32,000 bases of DNA from Nitrosarchaeum sp. (GTDB lineage Archaea; Thermoproteota; Nitrososphaeria; Nitrososphaerales; Nitrosopumilaceae). Under the pieces are notes generated by a model that saw nothing but the letters and a program-made list of their open reading frames with translations, did no database searches and was not told the origin of the DNA. Below are positions 17,451 through 25,293 of the stretch, one piece after another (within the stretch, counting starts at the first letter, position 1; each line of letters begins with the position of its first letter). The stretch spans positions 1,416,000 through 1,447,999 of the forward strand of contig OZ245020.1 in the NCBI GenBank assembly GCA_965223865.1, given 5' to 3'. A program made the position numbers and the translations under genes.

Positions 17451-17885
17451 TTGTTGACAGAAAAACGAATAATGGTAGGTTTGGATGGCTCTAAAGATTC
17501 TATTCGTGGGCTAAGAACTGCAATTTTGTTTGCAAGACAATCAGACGCCATGATTGTTGGTGTTTATGTTGATACTTCACAAGGGGCAATAAGAGCAATG
17601 TCTGCTCCAAAAATAAAAGAAGAAAAATGGTCAAAGGAAACAAGGAAAGTAATAGAATCTGCCAAAGAAAAAGCCAATATCAGGGGCGTGAAATTTGAAG
17701 GGATAGTTATTGCAGGATATAAGCCTGGAAATGATTTAGCAAATTTTGCAAACAATCGAAAAAATAAGATCGAACAAATGGTTATAGGTTCAAGGGGTTC
17801 TGGATTTCCAAAAGAAAGGTTTTTGGGAAGTACGGCTAACTTTATTTTGCATAAAGCAAAAGTACCAGTTACCGTAGTAAAATAA
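17451..17885 (+). CDS. universal stress protein (UspA family)
   Basis: 144 aa. KRIMVGLDGSKDSIRGLRTAI...MVIGSRGSG...GSTANFILHKAKVPVTVV. TTG start. Confidence 0.8.
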   Translation: MLTEKRIMVGLDGSKDSIRGLRTAILFARQSDAMIVGVYVDTSQGAIRAMSAPKIKEEKWSKETRKVIESAKEKANIRGVKFEGIVIAGYKPGNDLANFANNRKNKIEQMVIGSRGSGFPKERFLGSTANFILHKAKVPVTVVK

Positions 17886-17952
17886 AATCAAAGCAAGAAA
17901 GTTTAACGAATCAAGATAAATAATACATACTCAAAAATATTAATCAAATTTT

Positions 17953-17962
17953 CTAGTGCTAA
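17953..17962. promoter_or_regulatory. isolated exact copy of the CTAGTGCTAA box
   Basis: Exact 10-mer, intergenic, 68 nt after the usp stop and 59 nt upstream of the small ORF at 18021. No clear partner box 19 nt away. Confidence 0.4.
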
Positions 17963-18020
17963 GAATAAGAAATGCAAATGATCCTTTTAACCAAAGAATT
18001 CCAAGTTAATTTGAAAAAAT

Positions 18021-18149
18021 ATGAAAATTAGAATTTCAAATAGATGCTCCACTTGTAAAAAAGAATTTCAAAACATGAAAAATCAGTATTGTTCTATAGT
18101 ATATGAAACGCTAGATATATCTTGTAAGATTTTTAAATATACAAAGTAA
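18021..18149 (+). CDS. small zinc-ribbon-like peptide (42 aa), paralog of 22073..22189
   Basis: Hand translation: MKIRISNRCSTCKKEFQNMKNQYCSIVYETLDISCKIFKYTK. Shares the motif C-S-x-C-K-K-E-[FY]-Q...YC with the 38-aa ORF at 22073. Confidence 0.45.
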   Translation: MKIRISNRCSTCKKEFQNMKNQYCSIVYETLDISCKIFKYTK

Positions 18150-18222
18150 TAAAAATTTGCATACAATTCAATTTTGCTTTGTTAGTTGATTCAAATAATA
18201 TTAGATAGAATTGATTTTTGTT

Positions 18223-18576
18223 TCAAGATTGAAACAAAAATTCTTTGATATTTGTTTTTGTAATTTGATAATCAGGATTGGCTTGTTGAATAAGTTTTGC
18301 AACTAGACCCAATGCCTTTTTTACACCATCAGTTTTCTCCGGATCCGTACCAGGATACAATCTTACCGTAGTTTTATCTTTTCTTGTAGAAAGTTCAATT
18401 AAAAATTGTTGATGCAGTTTGTCAATTACTACTGTTGGAATTAGAGCTGTTCTTTTTTCAGTATCTAGAAATACATTGAGCAATTTTATCAGATAGGGTT
18501 CTTTTAGCATAGTTTCCTCAAAGTCCCGCGAAAAAACTTCAAGATCAATTTTTTTATCAAATACTACATGTGGCAT
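18223..18576 (-). CDS. hypothetical protein (117 aa from ATG 18576)
   Basis: ATG 18576 (MPHVVFDKK...) is preceded by GGAGG 8 nt upstream. The track's longer 18627 start overlaps the zinc-ribbon ORF in another frame. Confidence 0.55.
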   Translation of the reverse strand: MPHVVFDKKIDLEVFSRDFEETMLKEPYLIKLLNVFLDTEKRTALIPTVVIDKLHQQFLIELSTRKDKTTVRLYPGTDPEKTDGVKKALGLVAKLIQQANPDYQITKTNIKEFLFQS

Positions 18577-18589
18577 GCTTATTCCTCCA

Positions 18590-18769
18590 TTAAACACTGA
18601 ATAGTTGTCTCTTGAAATCTTGCACAAAAATTGCCAATTTACAACTTTTGCAGGCTAACAAATCTTCATTTTTTGACTTTATTTTCGTAGTTACCAAGAC
18701 TAATTCAGGCCTTCTACAGTTAGGGCAATCTGCCACCAAATCTCTTCTGTTTGAGTATTCTAAGTTCAT
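18590..18769 (-). CDS. zinc-ribbon protein (59 aa), absent from the ORF track
   Basis: Hand translation: MNLEYSNRRDLVADCPNCRRPELVLVTTKIKSKNEDLLACKSCKLAIFVQDFKRQLFSV. Contains CPNC...CKSC. The ATG lies 28 nt from the TATA-like TTAAATA of CACTAG element copy 3. Confidence 0.6.
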   Translation of the reverse strand: MNLEYSNRRDLVADCPNCRRPELVLVTTKIKSKNEDLLACKSCKLAIFVQDFKRQLFSV

Positions 18770-18790
18770 AATTAGTATAGCTCAAAATAT

Positions 18791-18826
18791 TATTTAACTA
18801 GGGCCAATATTATTTTCTAGTGCTAA
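18791..18826 (-). promoter_or_regulatory. bipartite CACTAG promoter element, copy 3
   Basis: Read on the - strand: TTAGCACTAG (18826-18817), 9 nt, TTGGCCCTAG (18807-18798), then TTAAATA (18797-18791). ATG at 18769. Confidence 0.65.
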
Positions 18827-18886
18827 TTTACTATCAAAAAGATGAATTAAATTTAAAAAAAAATAAAATAGTTTGGCAATTAGTTT

Positions 18887-19471
18887 TCAGTAACTGCCGC
18901 TTTTTGAAGCCCACTCATTCTTTGAAAGGTCAATGCTGGTTCTCAAGGTTTCATTGATTGTTTGTACTGCCTTTCCTATCACCATGGGACTGATTGAGAA
19001 AAATCCCCTGAATCGAGCATCCCCAATATCTTCTGCAACTAGACCAAACGGACCGTATTGCCCTTTGGTTATTACCATCCACATATCTGAGATGTTTGTT
19101 CCAACGCAACTTATTACCTCAGCTGTTTCGGGGAGATTTTGAGCCAAGAAAGGATTGTTAAAATTCCCAACAATCCAAGTTTTCGGTAGATGTTTTAGAA
19201 TTTCGATGTAGCGATCCTCTACATATTTGTAGAGAGACTCAGTCTCAAATGTTGCAAGCAAGGGAGCATTATTTTTCATGGCATATTTTTCCAGCATAAT
19301 ACTTAGACGGTAAAGCGACTTCCTTCCTGTTTTGAAATTAACATATCCTGCGTTTATGAAGTCATCTAATGACCAATTCATCAAATCAGAATCATCAGTA
19401 GGATCTCTTTTTGCCAGTGCAGGAAATTTGCTCCAGACTTCATCTATGAAACTTGTGTACTTTAATTCCAT
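18887..19471 (-). CDS. DICT-like sensory domain protein (family assignment tentative), paralog of 23144..23689
   Basis: 194 aa. LLATFETESLYKYVEDRYIEILKHLPKTWIVGNF...DMWMVITKGQYGPFGLVAEDIGDARFRGFFSISP resembles my recollection of the DICT pattern (atFq...RY...vwv.g...W.vv...L.a.E....rF.G.wsf.P). Confidence 0.45.
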   Translation of the reverse strand: MELKYTSFIDEVWSKFPALAKRDPTDDSDLMNWSLDDFINAGYVNFKTGRKSLYRLSIMLEKYAMKNNAPLLATFETESLYKYVEDRYIEILKHLPKTWIVGNFNNPFLAQNLPETAEVISCVGTNISDMWMVITKGQYGPFGLVAEDIGDARFRGFFSISPMVIGKAVQTINETLRTSIDLSKNEWASKSGSY

Positions 19472-19487
19472 GACTTAATACCGTTTT

Positions 19488-19529
19488 TATTATATATATT
19501 ATAGTGATAAATCTCTAAACTAGTGCTAA
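19488..19529 (-). promoter_or_regulatory. bipartite CACTAG promoter element, copy 4
   Basis: Read on the - strand: TTAGCACTAG (19529-19520), 9 nt, TTATCACTAT (19510-19501), then AATATATATAATA (19500-19488). ATG at 19471, 29 nt from the 5' end of the TATA-like box. Confidence 0.65.
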
Positions 19530-19585
19530 ACAGTTAAACTGTGAGAATAAGGATACTATTTTACCAATAACAATCCAATTAGATC

Positions 19586-19849
19586 ATGAGACAAATTTTT
19601 GTTGCACTTGTAGTTTGCATTCCTTTAACATTGGCCGCATTATTTATTGTAAATAATGTACTCTCAGATACCTTTCCATTGTTTAGAGAAGATCCAATGA
19701 ATGAATTAGATTTTATCAAGCAAACCTATGAGGCAGGATTAGATCATTGTGAAAACAACTATGATAACGTTGAAAAAATAAATAAAATTGAAGAATATAG
19801 AGAATGTATTGATTCAGTAGAAATATGGTATTTGGAAAATTCAAAATAA
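19586..19849 (+). CDS. small N-terminally anchored or secreted protein (87 aa)
   Basis: Hydrophobic N-terminus (IFVALVVCIPLTLAALFIV) followed by an acidic, Cys-containing domain. Confidence 0.5.
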   Translation: MRQIFVALVVCIPLTLAALFIVNNVLSDTFPLFREDPMNELDFIKQTYEAGLDHCENNYDNVEKINKIEEYRECIDSVEIWYLENSK

Positions 19850-19906
19850 TCAATTTAAATTTCCAATAAAAAAAATTTACTTTAATCAAATTTCAAGTCA
19901 AATCTG

Positions 19907-21283
19907 TTAAATTGGTCTTCCTTTGTATTGATAGTCAATTACCTTATGAAAAGTATTGTGTGATGCTATAACCGCTAATGCAGCCAATGCAGCCCAAATA
20001 AAGTTTCTAATTGTAATCCATTCGTTTGGCTGATTAATTATTAGTGAAGTATCAAATATGACATAAAAGTTATCAAACAACCAAAAGGCCAAAGTTATCC
20101 AGGATAATACGCCAGCAATGAGAAACCCCAATCTTGTTTTGTTTCTAACAAAAATTATTGCAGCAATTATTGCAATGTACCAAATAACTCCTCCTAAAAT
20201 CCAAACAGGTTCAAATATCTCAGGACGGTCATCTAACCAGTAATAAGTAGTTCCAAGAATTGCCATTGCAAATAATGATGCACATAAAAGATTTTGATTG
20301 ATTTTAAACCCAGAACGTTCTTCTCTTGGTGGTGTGGAGGGAGGGTTTTCTAGTATTTCTTTTGTTGCAATATCAATGGCATCCTTAACGGATTTGAGTT
20401 TTAATGGAATGATTTTTGATATAGAATCATCTGTCACCACCGTATCATGAACAAGGCTATCAATTAATGGCCTAGCAAGAGAGGCTTTTACAGGAGTGAT
20501 TAAGTCGACCCAGTATGAAGAAAGTCGAGTGGTAAGAAAAGGAATTTGAATAACAAATAGTCTTTTATCTAGATATTTTGCATATACTCGCATTAGTTCT
20601 TCATATGTCATTTTGTCTGAGCCACCAATTTCATAGATATGTCCGGCTGTTTTTGAATTCTCCATACATCCTGTAAGATATTCTATAACATCATCTACTG
20701 CTATAGGTTGTGCAATAGACTTTACCCAGGAGGGACAAACCATCACTGGTAATCTTTCCACCAAATATCTCAACATTGCATAAGAACCCCCTTGAGCCCC
20801 TATAATCAGGGATGCTCGCAGTTCTGTTACGGGTATTTTTCCAGATGCGAGAATCTCGCCAACCTCCTTTCGACTTTTCATATGTGGGGATAATTCCAGA
20901 CTATCATTAACAAGGCCGCCAAGATAGATTATTCTTTTTACACCAGCTTTGGTTGCAGCCTCAAGAAAGTTTTCAGCCTGAATCATTTCTCGTGAGGCAA
21001 ATTCTTTCCAATTCTCCTTACTGCCTTCCATGGAATGAAGCAAGTAATATGCAATCTCAATTCCACTTAAAGCATCTTCAAGCTGTTTTGAATCAAAAAC
21101 GTCAGCCTTAACATATTTTACTTTTGCAGTATCAGGAATTTCTCTTCTAGACATCCCCTTTACATAATATCCTTTTTTTGAAAGATAAGATATTAAACGA
21201 GATCCAATAAAACCAGTTGCACCTGTAACTAAAATATTGTATTGTTTGTGTTTTTTACTAGTATCAGTTGACTGTTGGGACAT
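19907..21283 (-). CDS. NAD(P)-binding atypical SDR (NmrA/epimerase-like) fused to a C-terminal 4-TM domain
   Basis: ILVTGATGFIGSRLISYL Rossmann motif. The C-terminal ~130 aa contains four hydrophobic helices. Confidence 0.7.
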   Translation of the reverse strand: MSQQSTDTSKKHKQYNILVTGATGFIGSRLISYLSKKGYYVKGMSRREIPDTAKVKYVKADVFDSKQLEDALSGIEIAYYLLHSMEGSKENWKEFASREMIQAENFLEAATKAGVKRIIYLGGLVNDSLELSPHMKSRKEVGEILASGKIPVTELRASLIIGAQGGSYAMLRYLVERLPVMVCPSWVKSIAQPIAVDDVIEYLTGCMENSKTAGHIYEIGGSDKMTYEELMRVYAKYLDKRLFVIQIPFLTTRLSSYWVDLITPVKASLARPLIDSLVHDTVVTDDSISKIIPLKLKSVKDAIDIATKEILENPPSTPPREERSGFKINQNLLCASLFAMAILGTTYYWLDDRPEIFEPVWILGGVIWYIAIIAAIIFVRNKTRLGFLIAGVLSWITLAFWLFDNFYVIFDTSLIINQPNEWITIRNFIWAALAALAVIASHNTFHKVIDYQYKGRPI

Positions 21284-21971
21284 TTCTACTTAATCCTTTC
21301 ATTTTTCTTTTTCGTATTATAATTAGGAGGATAATTCCAGGTATTGCAATTAATATGCAGAAAAAGATTGCAATGGAGGAATAATCATTTACTAATATCT
21401 TTGTATCAAGCCATGCTTTAGGCAAAATTGAAAAAAAATCAGTTCCTGAAAAATCTTCTATTGTTCCTATCGCCAAGCTATACTTGCCTGCTTGATTTTT
21501 CTCATCTAACACTATAACAAAATATTTACCCTCAGTAGTAAGTGTGGTTTTTATCTCCTGCCTTTCCCAATATGTTACCTGGCCAAAAGGTTCATAGAAT
21601 TCTCTTCCTGGAAATTCTCCATCATACACAACTTTTTCCATGACTGCGTGACTATCCAGTAGAGAACTATCTTTTTCAAGATAACTACCATTTAACAAAA
21701 TGAGAGTGGGTGAATATTCTTCCAATCCTGAAATTTTTGGAACAACTATACTAGCATAAAATGAATCACCAGGTTTTGCATAAAATGAATAGAATTTTTT
21801 CTCAGTTGAGCCCAGATTTTCGTAGACGGCCCAGGAAATTTTATGGTCCGGAATCTCTAAGGCCATCTCTAAACTTCTGTGCGTATCATCGTGACTAATT
21901 AACTTGTGTCCATATGCGGGACCTATTGAAATAGTTAACAAAACAAAAAGTCCAATTATAATTTTTTTCAC
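21264..21971 (-). CDS. exported protein with a C-terminal membrane anchor
   Basis: The track ORF reaches 22037, but GTG 21971 yields a canonical signal peptide MKKIIIGLFVLLTISIGPAYG followed by HKLISHDDTH. C-terminal TM segment IAIFFCILIAIPGIILLIII followed by RKRK. Overlaps the downstream SDR gene by 20 nt. Confidence 0.55.
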   Translation of the reverse strand: MKKIIIGLFVLLTISIGPAYGHKLISHDDTHRSLEMALEIPDHKISWAVYENLGSTEKKFYSFYAKPGDSFYASIVVPKISGLEEYSPTLILLNGSYLEKDSSLLDSHAVMEKVVYDGEFPGREFYEPFGQVTYWERQEIKTTLTTEGKYFVIVLDEKNQAGKYSLAIGTIEDFSGTDFFSILPKAWLDTKILVNDYSSIAIFFCILIAIPGIILLIIIRKRKMKGLSRNVPTVN

Positions 21972-21999
21972 ATGAATAATATTCAGAAATAGTATTTTA

Positions 22000-22031
22000 A
22001 TACCACTAGAACCTTCGCTGGTTAGCACTAG
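22000..22031 (+). promoter_or_regulatory. CACTAG boxes, copy 5 (variant spacing)
   Basis: ATACCACTAG (22000-22009) and exact TTAGCACTAG (22022-22031) on the + strand. A TATA-like AAATATAAA follows at 22053-22061, then ATGs at 22073 and 22079. Confidence 0.45.
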
Positions 22032-22072
22032 TTTCAAACTAGAGTAGTGTTCAAATATAAAAAAAACAAAAC

Positions 22073-22189
22073 ATGATTATGAATTTAATTTCAGTCCAAA
22101 AATGCAGTAAATGTAAAAAAGAGTACCAAGATTGGTCCTGCGATTACTGTTACACAAAGTATATGATTAAACTAGTGGAAGTGAAATGA
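22073..22189 (+). CDS. small zinc-ribbon-like peptide (38 aa)
   Basis: Hand translation: MIMNLISVQKCSKCKKEYQDWSCDYCYTKYMIKLVEVK. The stop is 1 nt before the ATG of the next gene. Confidence 0.5.
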   Translation: MIMNLISVQKCSKCKKEYQDWSCDYCYTKYMIKLVEVK

Positions 22190-22190
22190 T

Positions 22191-22625
22191 ATGCAAAGAC
22201 TAGACAGTAAAAAAATAGATCATATCGTCCCAGATACTAAAATTCCCATAAGACTTGGTTACATTAAGCCTAACGGTAATCCAGCTATAATTTCTCTTTG
22301 GTATGTGTGTATTGAGGACATGATATATTGTGCTACCCAAAAAACAGCAAAAATTGTGTCATTCCTTGAAAAAAAACCAGTGTGCGGTTTTGAGATAGCA
22401 GGCGATAAACCTCCATACAAAGGAGTACGAGGTGAAGGAACAGTCAAAATTTTGGATGAGAAAGGCAAAGAGATACTTGATATTTTAATTGACAAATATC
22501 TTGGTAAAAAAGAATCAACGCTATCTCAATTTCTGAAAAATAACTCTAAAACAGAAGTGGCAATTGAAATCACCCCACAAAAAATTTTCAATTATGACTA
22601 TTCTAAAAGAATGAAAGATGTTTGA
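22191..22625 (+). CDS. PPOX-like split-barrel flavoprotein family protein
   Basis: 144 aa. The pattern IRLGYIKPNGNPAIISLWYVCIEDMIYCATQKTAKIVSFLEKKPVCGFEIAG...GVRGEGTVKIL fits the family. Confidence 0.5.
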   Translation: MQRLDSKKIDHIVPDTKIPIRLGYIKPNGNPAIISLWYVCIEDMIYCATQKTAKIVSFLEKKPVCGFEIAGDKPPYKGVRGEGTVKILDEKGKEILDILIDKYLGKKESTLSQFLKNNSKTEVAIEITPQKIFNYDYSKRMKDV

Positions 22626-22628
22626 AGC

Positions 22629-22760
22629 ATGAAAAAAGACCATGGCTGTCCCACTTGTGGTTCTAAAAACATTGGAAATTTAGAGATGCAAAAAAATAAA
22701 GACAATACTGTCACATGGAAAAACCAGTGTTATAATTGTAAAAAGTTTTGGTACTCATAA
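22629..22760 (+). CDS. zinc-ribbon peptide (43 aa)
   Basis: Hand translation: MKKDHGCPTCGSKNIGNLEMQKNKDNTVTWKNQCYNCKKFWYS. Contains CPxCG...CxxC. Starts 3 nt after the previous stop. Confidence 0.5.
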   Translation: MKKDHGCPTCGSKNIGNLEMQKNKDNTVTWKNQCYNCKKFWYS

Positions 22761-23045
22761 TAAAATCAAATTTCTTTCTAGTGCCAAAATTATTATTTTT
22801 TCAAATGATGTTATATGATACATTGCTCTTCCCAAGTTATTTCTATCTTCTAGTTTACATCTATCAATCCAATCATTTGCCTCACGCCTTAACGCTCGTT
22901 TAGTTTCGGATAATGGAACCTTAATTTTTGCGTCAGTCCTTTTGCTATGCCATAATATGTCTCCTGCAGTATTACTAATTGCTGTCAACCTGATCGAACT
23001 GTTAAAATCCATTAGCATGTTGAGAAGTTTCTCATACCGACCCAT
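22755..23045 (-). CDS. hypothetical protein (96 aa); possibly Roadblock/LC7-like (weak)
   Basis: Clean ORF with a TATA-like TTTTTATTC about 25 nt upstream of the ATG. Its N-terminus is repeated in the remnant at 12.8 kb. Confidence 0.5.
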   Translation of the reverse strand: MGRYEKLLNMLMDFNSSIRLTAISNTAGDILWHSKRTDAKIKVPLSETKRALRREANDWIDRCKLEDRNNLGRAMYHITSFEKIIILALERNLILL

Positions 23046-23143
23046 TAGTTAGAATATTCCCTCAGAGAATAAAAACAGTTTGGTAATTGCTGGAAAAAAA
23101 ATTTGAAAGATTAACTTAAATCTTATATTAAAAATAAGACATT

Positions 23144-23689
23144 ATGGAAATTCCTTATACTGGATTTGTTAAGCAAATATGGGACGAATTTCCACAACTT
23201 GCTGAATGGCACAGGTTTGATGATTCCAATCTTCCAATGTGGAATTTAGATAAATTTGTAGAAGCAGGATATCACAACTTTTTGGCAAATAGAAAACCGC
23301 TCTATCATCTTAGTAAATTAATTGAAAAATATGCCCAAGAAAACGGTGAGCCATTACTTGCAACATTTGAAGAAATTGCTAGGTACAAATTCGTAGAAAG
23401 GAGATACCAGAAAATGATTGAAAATATACCCAAAATTTAGATAGTCGCTGATTATGGGAAAACTGAAATCCAAGTACCTCCAAAAATGGAAATCCTAAAT
23501 TGTCGTAACACAGAACTATCAAATGTTTGGACTGTTTTTACAAGAGGACCCTATGGACCTTTTGGTTTAATTGCAGAGGAGTTTGAAGATGGAAAGTTTA
23601 GAGGATTTTTTACACTCAACCCAAATGTTTGCAGATACTCCCTAAAATTAATGGGCAAAATATTAGGCACTAAATTTACAATTCAATAA
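23144..23689 (+). pseudogene. DICT-like paralog interrupted by an in-frame TAG at 23438-23440
   Basis: ORFs 23144..23440 and 23486..23689 are in the same frame (342 nt apart). The whole span aligns to the 18887..19471 protein. The TAG aligns with Trp in ...LPKTWIVGNF... versus ...IPKI*IVADY.... Confidence 0.7.
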
Positions 23690-23786
23690 AGTTCTGCGCC
23701 AAGTCAAATATTTAAAAAACCTAAATCTGAAATTATTTCCAAATATTCGATATATCAGAAATTAAAAAATAATAAAAATAAAAAAA

Positions 23787-24170
23787 TTAGTTGTGTCGTG
23801 GAGTTGCTTTCCCTGTAACCTTTACAATATCAGGATCTGAGCAAATTGTTTGAACATTTTTGATGCTCATCAAGCCTGAAAAGATTACACCGTCACCCCA
23901 TCTGCTGGTAGTTACCTCTATTGGATATTTGTCTCTGCCTTCTTCTTGTTTTTGATGAAGGTCTACTCCATCTTTATAGTAGACATAGAGATTCACATGT
24001 GGAATATCTGGGCCTACATATTTTTTGAGACTTACCTGATACATCATTACTTTAATGAGAAGTTCAGGATCTACTTTGGGCATTGCCCGAACAACATCCT
24101 GGAAGAACTGATTAAAATAGGGTTCAACACTGACAGGTTGTTCTTTTATTTCTTGGACTAACGCGGTCAT
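23787..24170 (-). CDS. hypothetical protein (127 aa)
   Basis: Clean ORF. The ATG lies 29 nt from the TATA-like TTAAATAG of CACTAG element copy 7. Confidence 0.55.
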   Translation of the reverse strand: MTALVQEIKEQPVSVEPYFNQFFQDVVRAMPKVDPELLIKVMMYQVSLKKYVGPDIPHVNLYVYYKDGVDLHQKQEEGRDKYPIEVTTSRWGDGVIFSGLMSIKNVQTICSDPDIVKVTGKATPRHN

Positions 24171-24191
24171 GATATATAGTAGTCGGAAATA

Positions 24192-24228
24192 CTATTTAAC
24201 TAGTGATAAATTTGATAACTAGTGGTAA
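24192..24228 (-). promoter_or_regulatory. bipartite CACTAG promoter element, copy 7
   Basis: Read on the - strand: TTACCACTAG (24228-24219), 9 nt, TTATCACTAG (24209-24200), then TTAAATAG (24199-24192). ATG at 24170. Confidence 0.65.
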
Positions 24229-24247
24229 TTTTATTTACTTGTTACTA

Positions 24248-25125
24248 CTAATTCCTTACCCTATTTCTAATAGTAACAGCACTTATTCCAGAAGCCATTG
24301 AGATTTTCATTTGTGAAACTTTTTCATGATTTTTTTGAACAGCCAGATATATTGATGCAGCTGCCATGGCCATAGGATGCTTACCATCAGATATTCCTGC
24401 TTTTTGACCTAATTTCAAAATCTTTCTTGCATCGCGTTTTGTTTTTTCAGACACTGAAACTTCATTTGAGATACGTGTTATGAATTCAGTTGGATCATAA
24501 GACGTAGAATGTAGATCAAGGTCAGTAGCGAGAAGACGATAAAGGCGATATATTACCTTCTTTTTTACTCCTCCAACTCGGGCAACATCATTTATGGTTC
24601 TGGGGGTATCAGTAAGACGACAAGCAATGTAAACAACAGTACATAAAACAGCTTGATTTGAACGGCCAGGAAGAGTTTTTTTTGTTCAACTTTTCTGAAT
24701 AGATATGCAGATTTTTCTACCACATGTTCTGGCAATGCAAGTTTGGAACGTATACCATCAAGTAAAGTAAATGCCTTTATGAGTGACTGCTTAGTTATAG
24801 CATGTCTGCTGTTTCGGTCCCACATTCTCAGACGATAAAATGACCGCTTATTATCACCTGAAATTGGCTTGCCAGTAGAATCTTTGTCTTGAGCCTGAAT
24901 TAAAGTAGATAACCCCATATCTGCCATCTTTAAGGAGATTTTACGGCCAGTTCTTGTATTTGTAAGATATTCTTCTTTGGTCTGACCAGCTGGCTCTGGT
25001 CCAAAATCAATTATTTTTTCAGATATTACAACCCCACAATTATTACATGAAATTTCTCCTGTAATTGCATCGGTTACAAGTAAGGCATTTTTACAATTTT
25101 TCTGGTGCAGTGATTCATTTGTCAT
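24248..25125 (-). pseudogene. tfb: transcription initiation factor TFB paralog with a frameshift in an A8 run
   Basis: The 5' ORF (25125..24592) encodes the Zn ribbon (CKNALLVTDAITGEISCNNCG), the linker and the start of cyclin fold 1 (LPEHVVEKSAYLFRKVEQKK). After the A8 run (24676-24683) the homology continues in another frame: TLPGRSNQAVLCTVVYIACRLTDTPRTINDVARVGGVKKKVIYRLYRLL...HPMAMAAASIYLAVQ...SAVTIRNRVRN, ending at 24248. An A9 run would restore a 292-aa TFB. Confidence 0.8.
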
Positions 25126-25293
25126 CTTTTTTTCCCTACCAATAATTAGTATTCACAGAATTTTAACCACAAACCATTTTTTTTACATGATGCTAAGAAA
25201 ATATATAAAAAAATAAATGAGCATAATGCTATTTTTTCATTTAAAAGAAATAACTAAAGAAAATTGTAAAATAATTAAATATTTTTAAAATTA

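Noticed and set aside
18612-18797. The 61-aa + strand ORF at 18612..18797, and the extended MCKISRDNYSVFNGGIS N-terminus of the 18223..18627 ORF.
   Set aside because: The same DNA encodes, on the - strand, a 59-aa CPNC...CKSC zinc-ribbon ORF. That ORF sits exactly 28 nt from a TATA-like box, and a GGAGG-preceded ATG at 18576 follows it. This explains the region better.
22172-22787. Additional CTAGTG-containing 10-mers: CTAGTGGAAG at 22172-22181 and CTAGTGCCAA at 22778-22787.
   Set aside because: Both lie inside coding sequence (codons KLVE and LALE). They also lack the partner box and the adjacent TATA-like box, so they are not counted as regulatory copies.
23438-23440. The in-frame TAG read as pyrrolysine or as programmed readthrough.
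   Set aside because: No pyl genes or relevant context are visible. The codon aligns with Trp (TGG) in the paralog, so a simple G-to-A nonsense mutation or a base-call error is the more economical explanation.
23733-23762. A fifth TTCGAA-type palindrome (ATTTCC...TTCGAT...AGAAAT) between two convergent genes.
   Set aside because: Only the outer ATTTC/GAAAT arms and the central TCGA match. The spacing is N18 rather than N14 and the inner arms do not pair. It is too degenerate to count.
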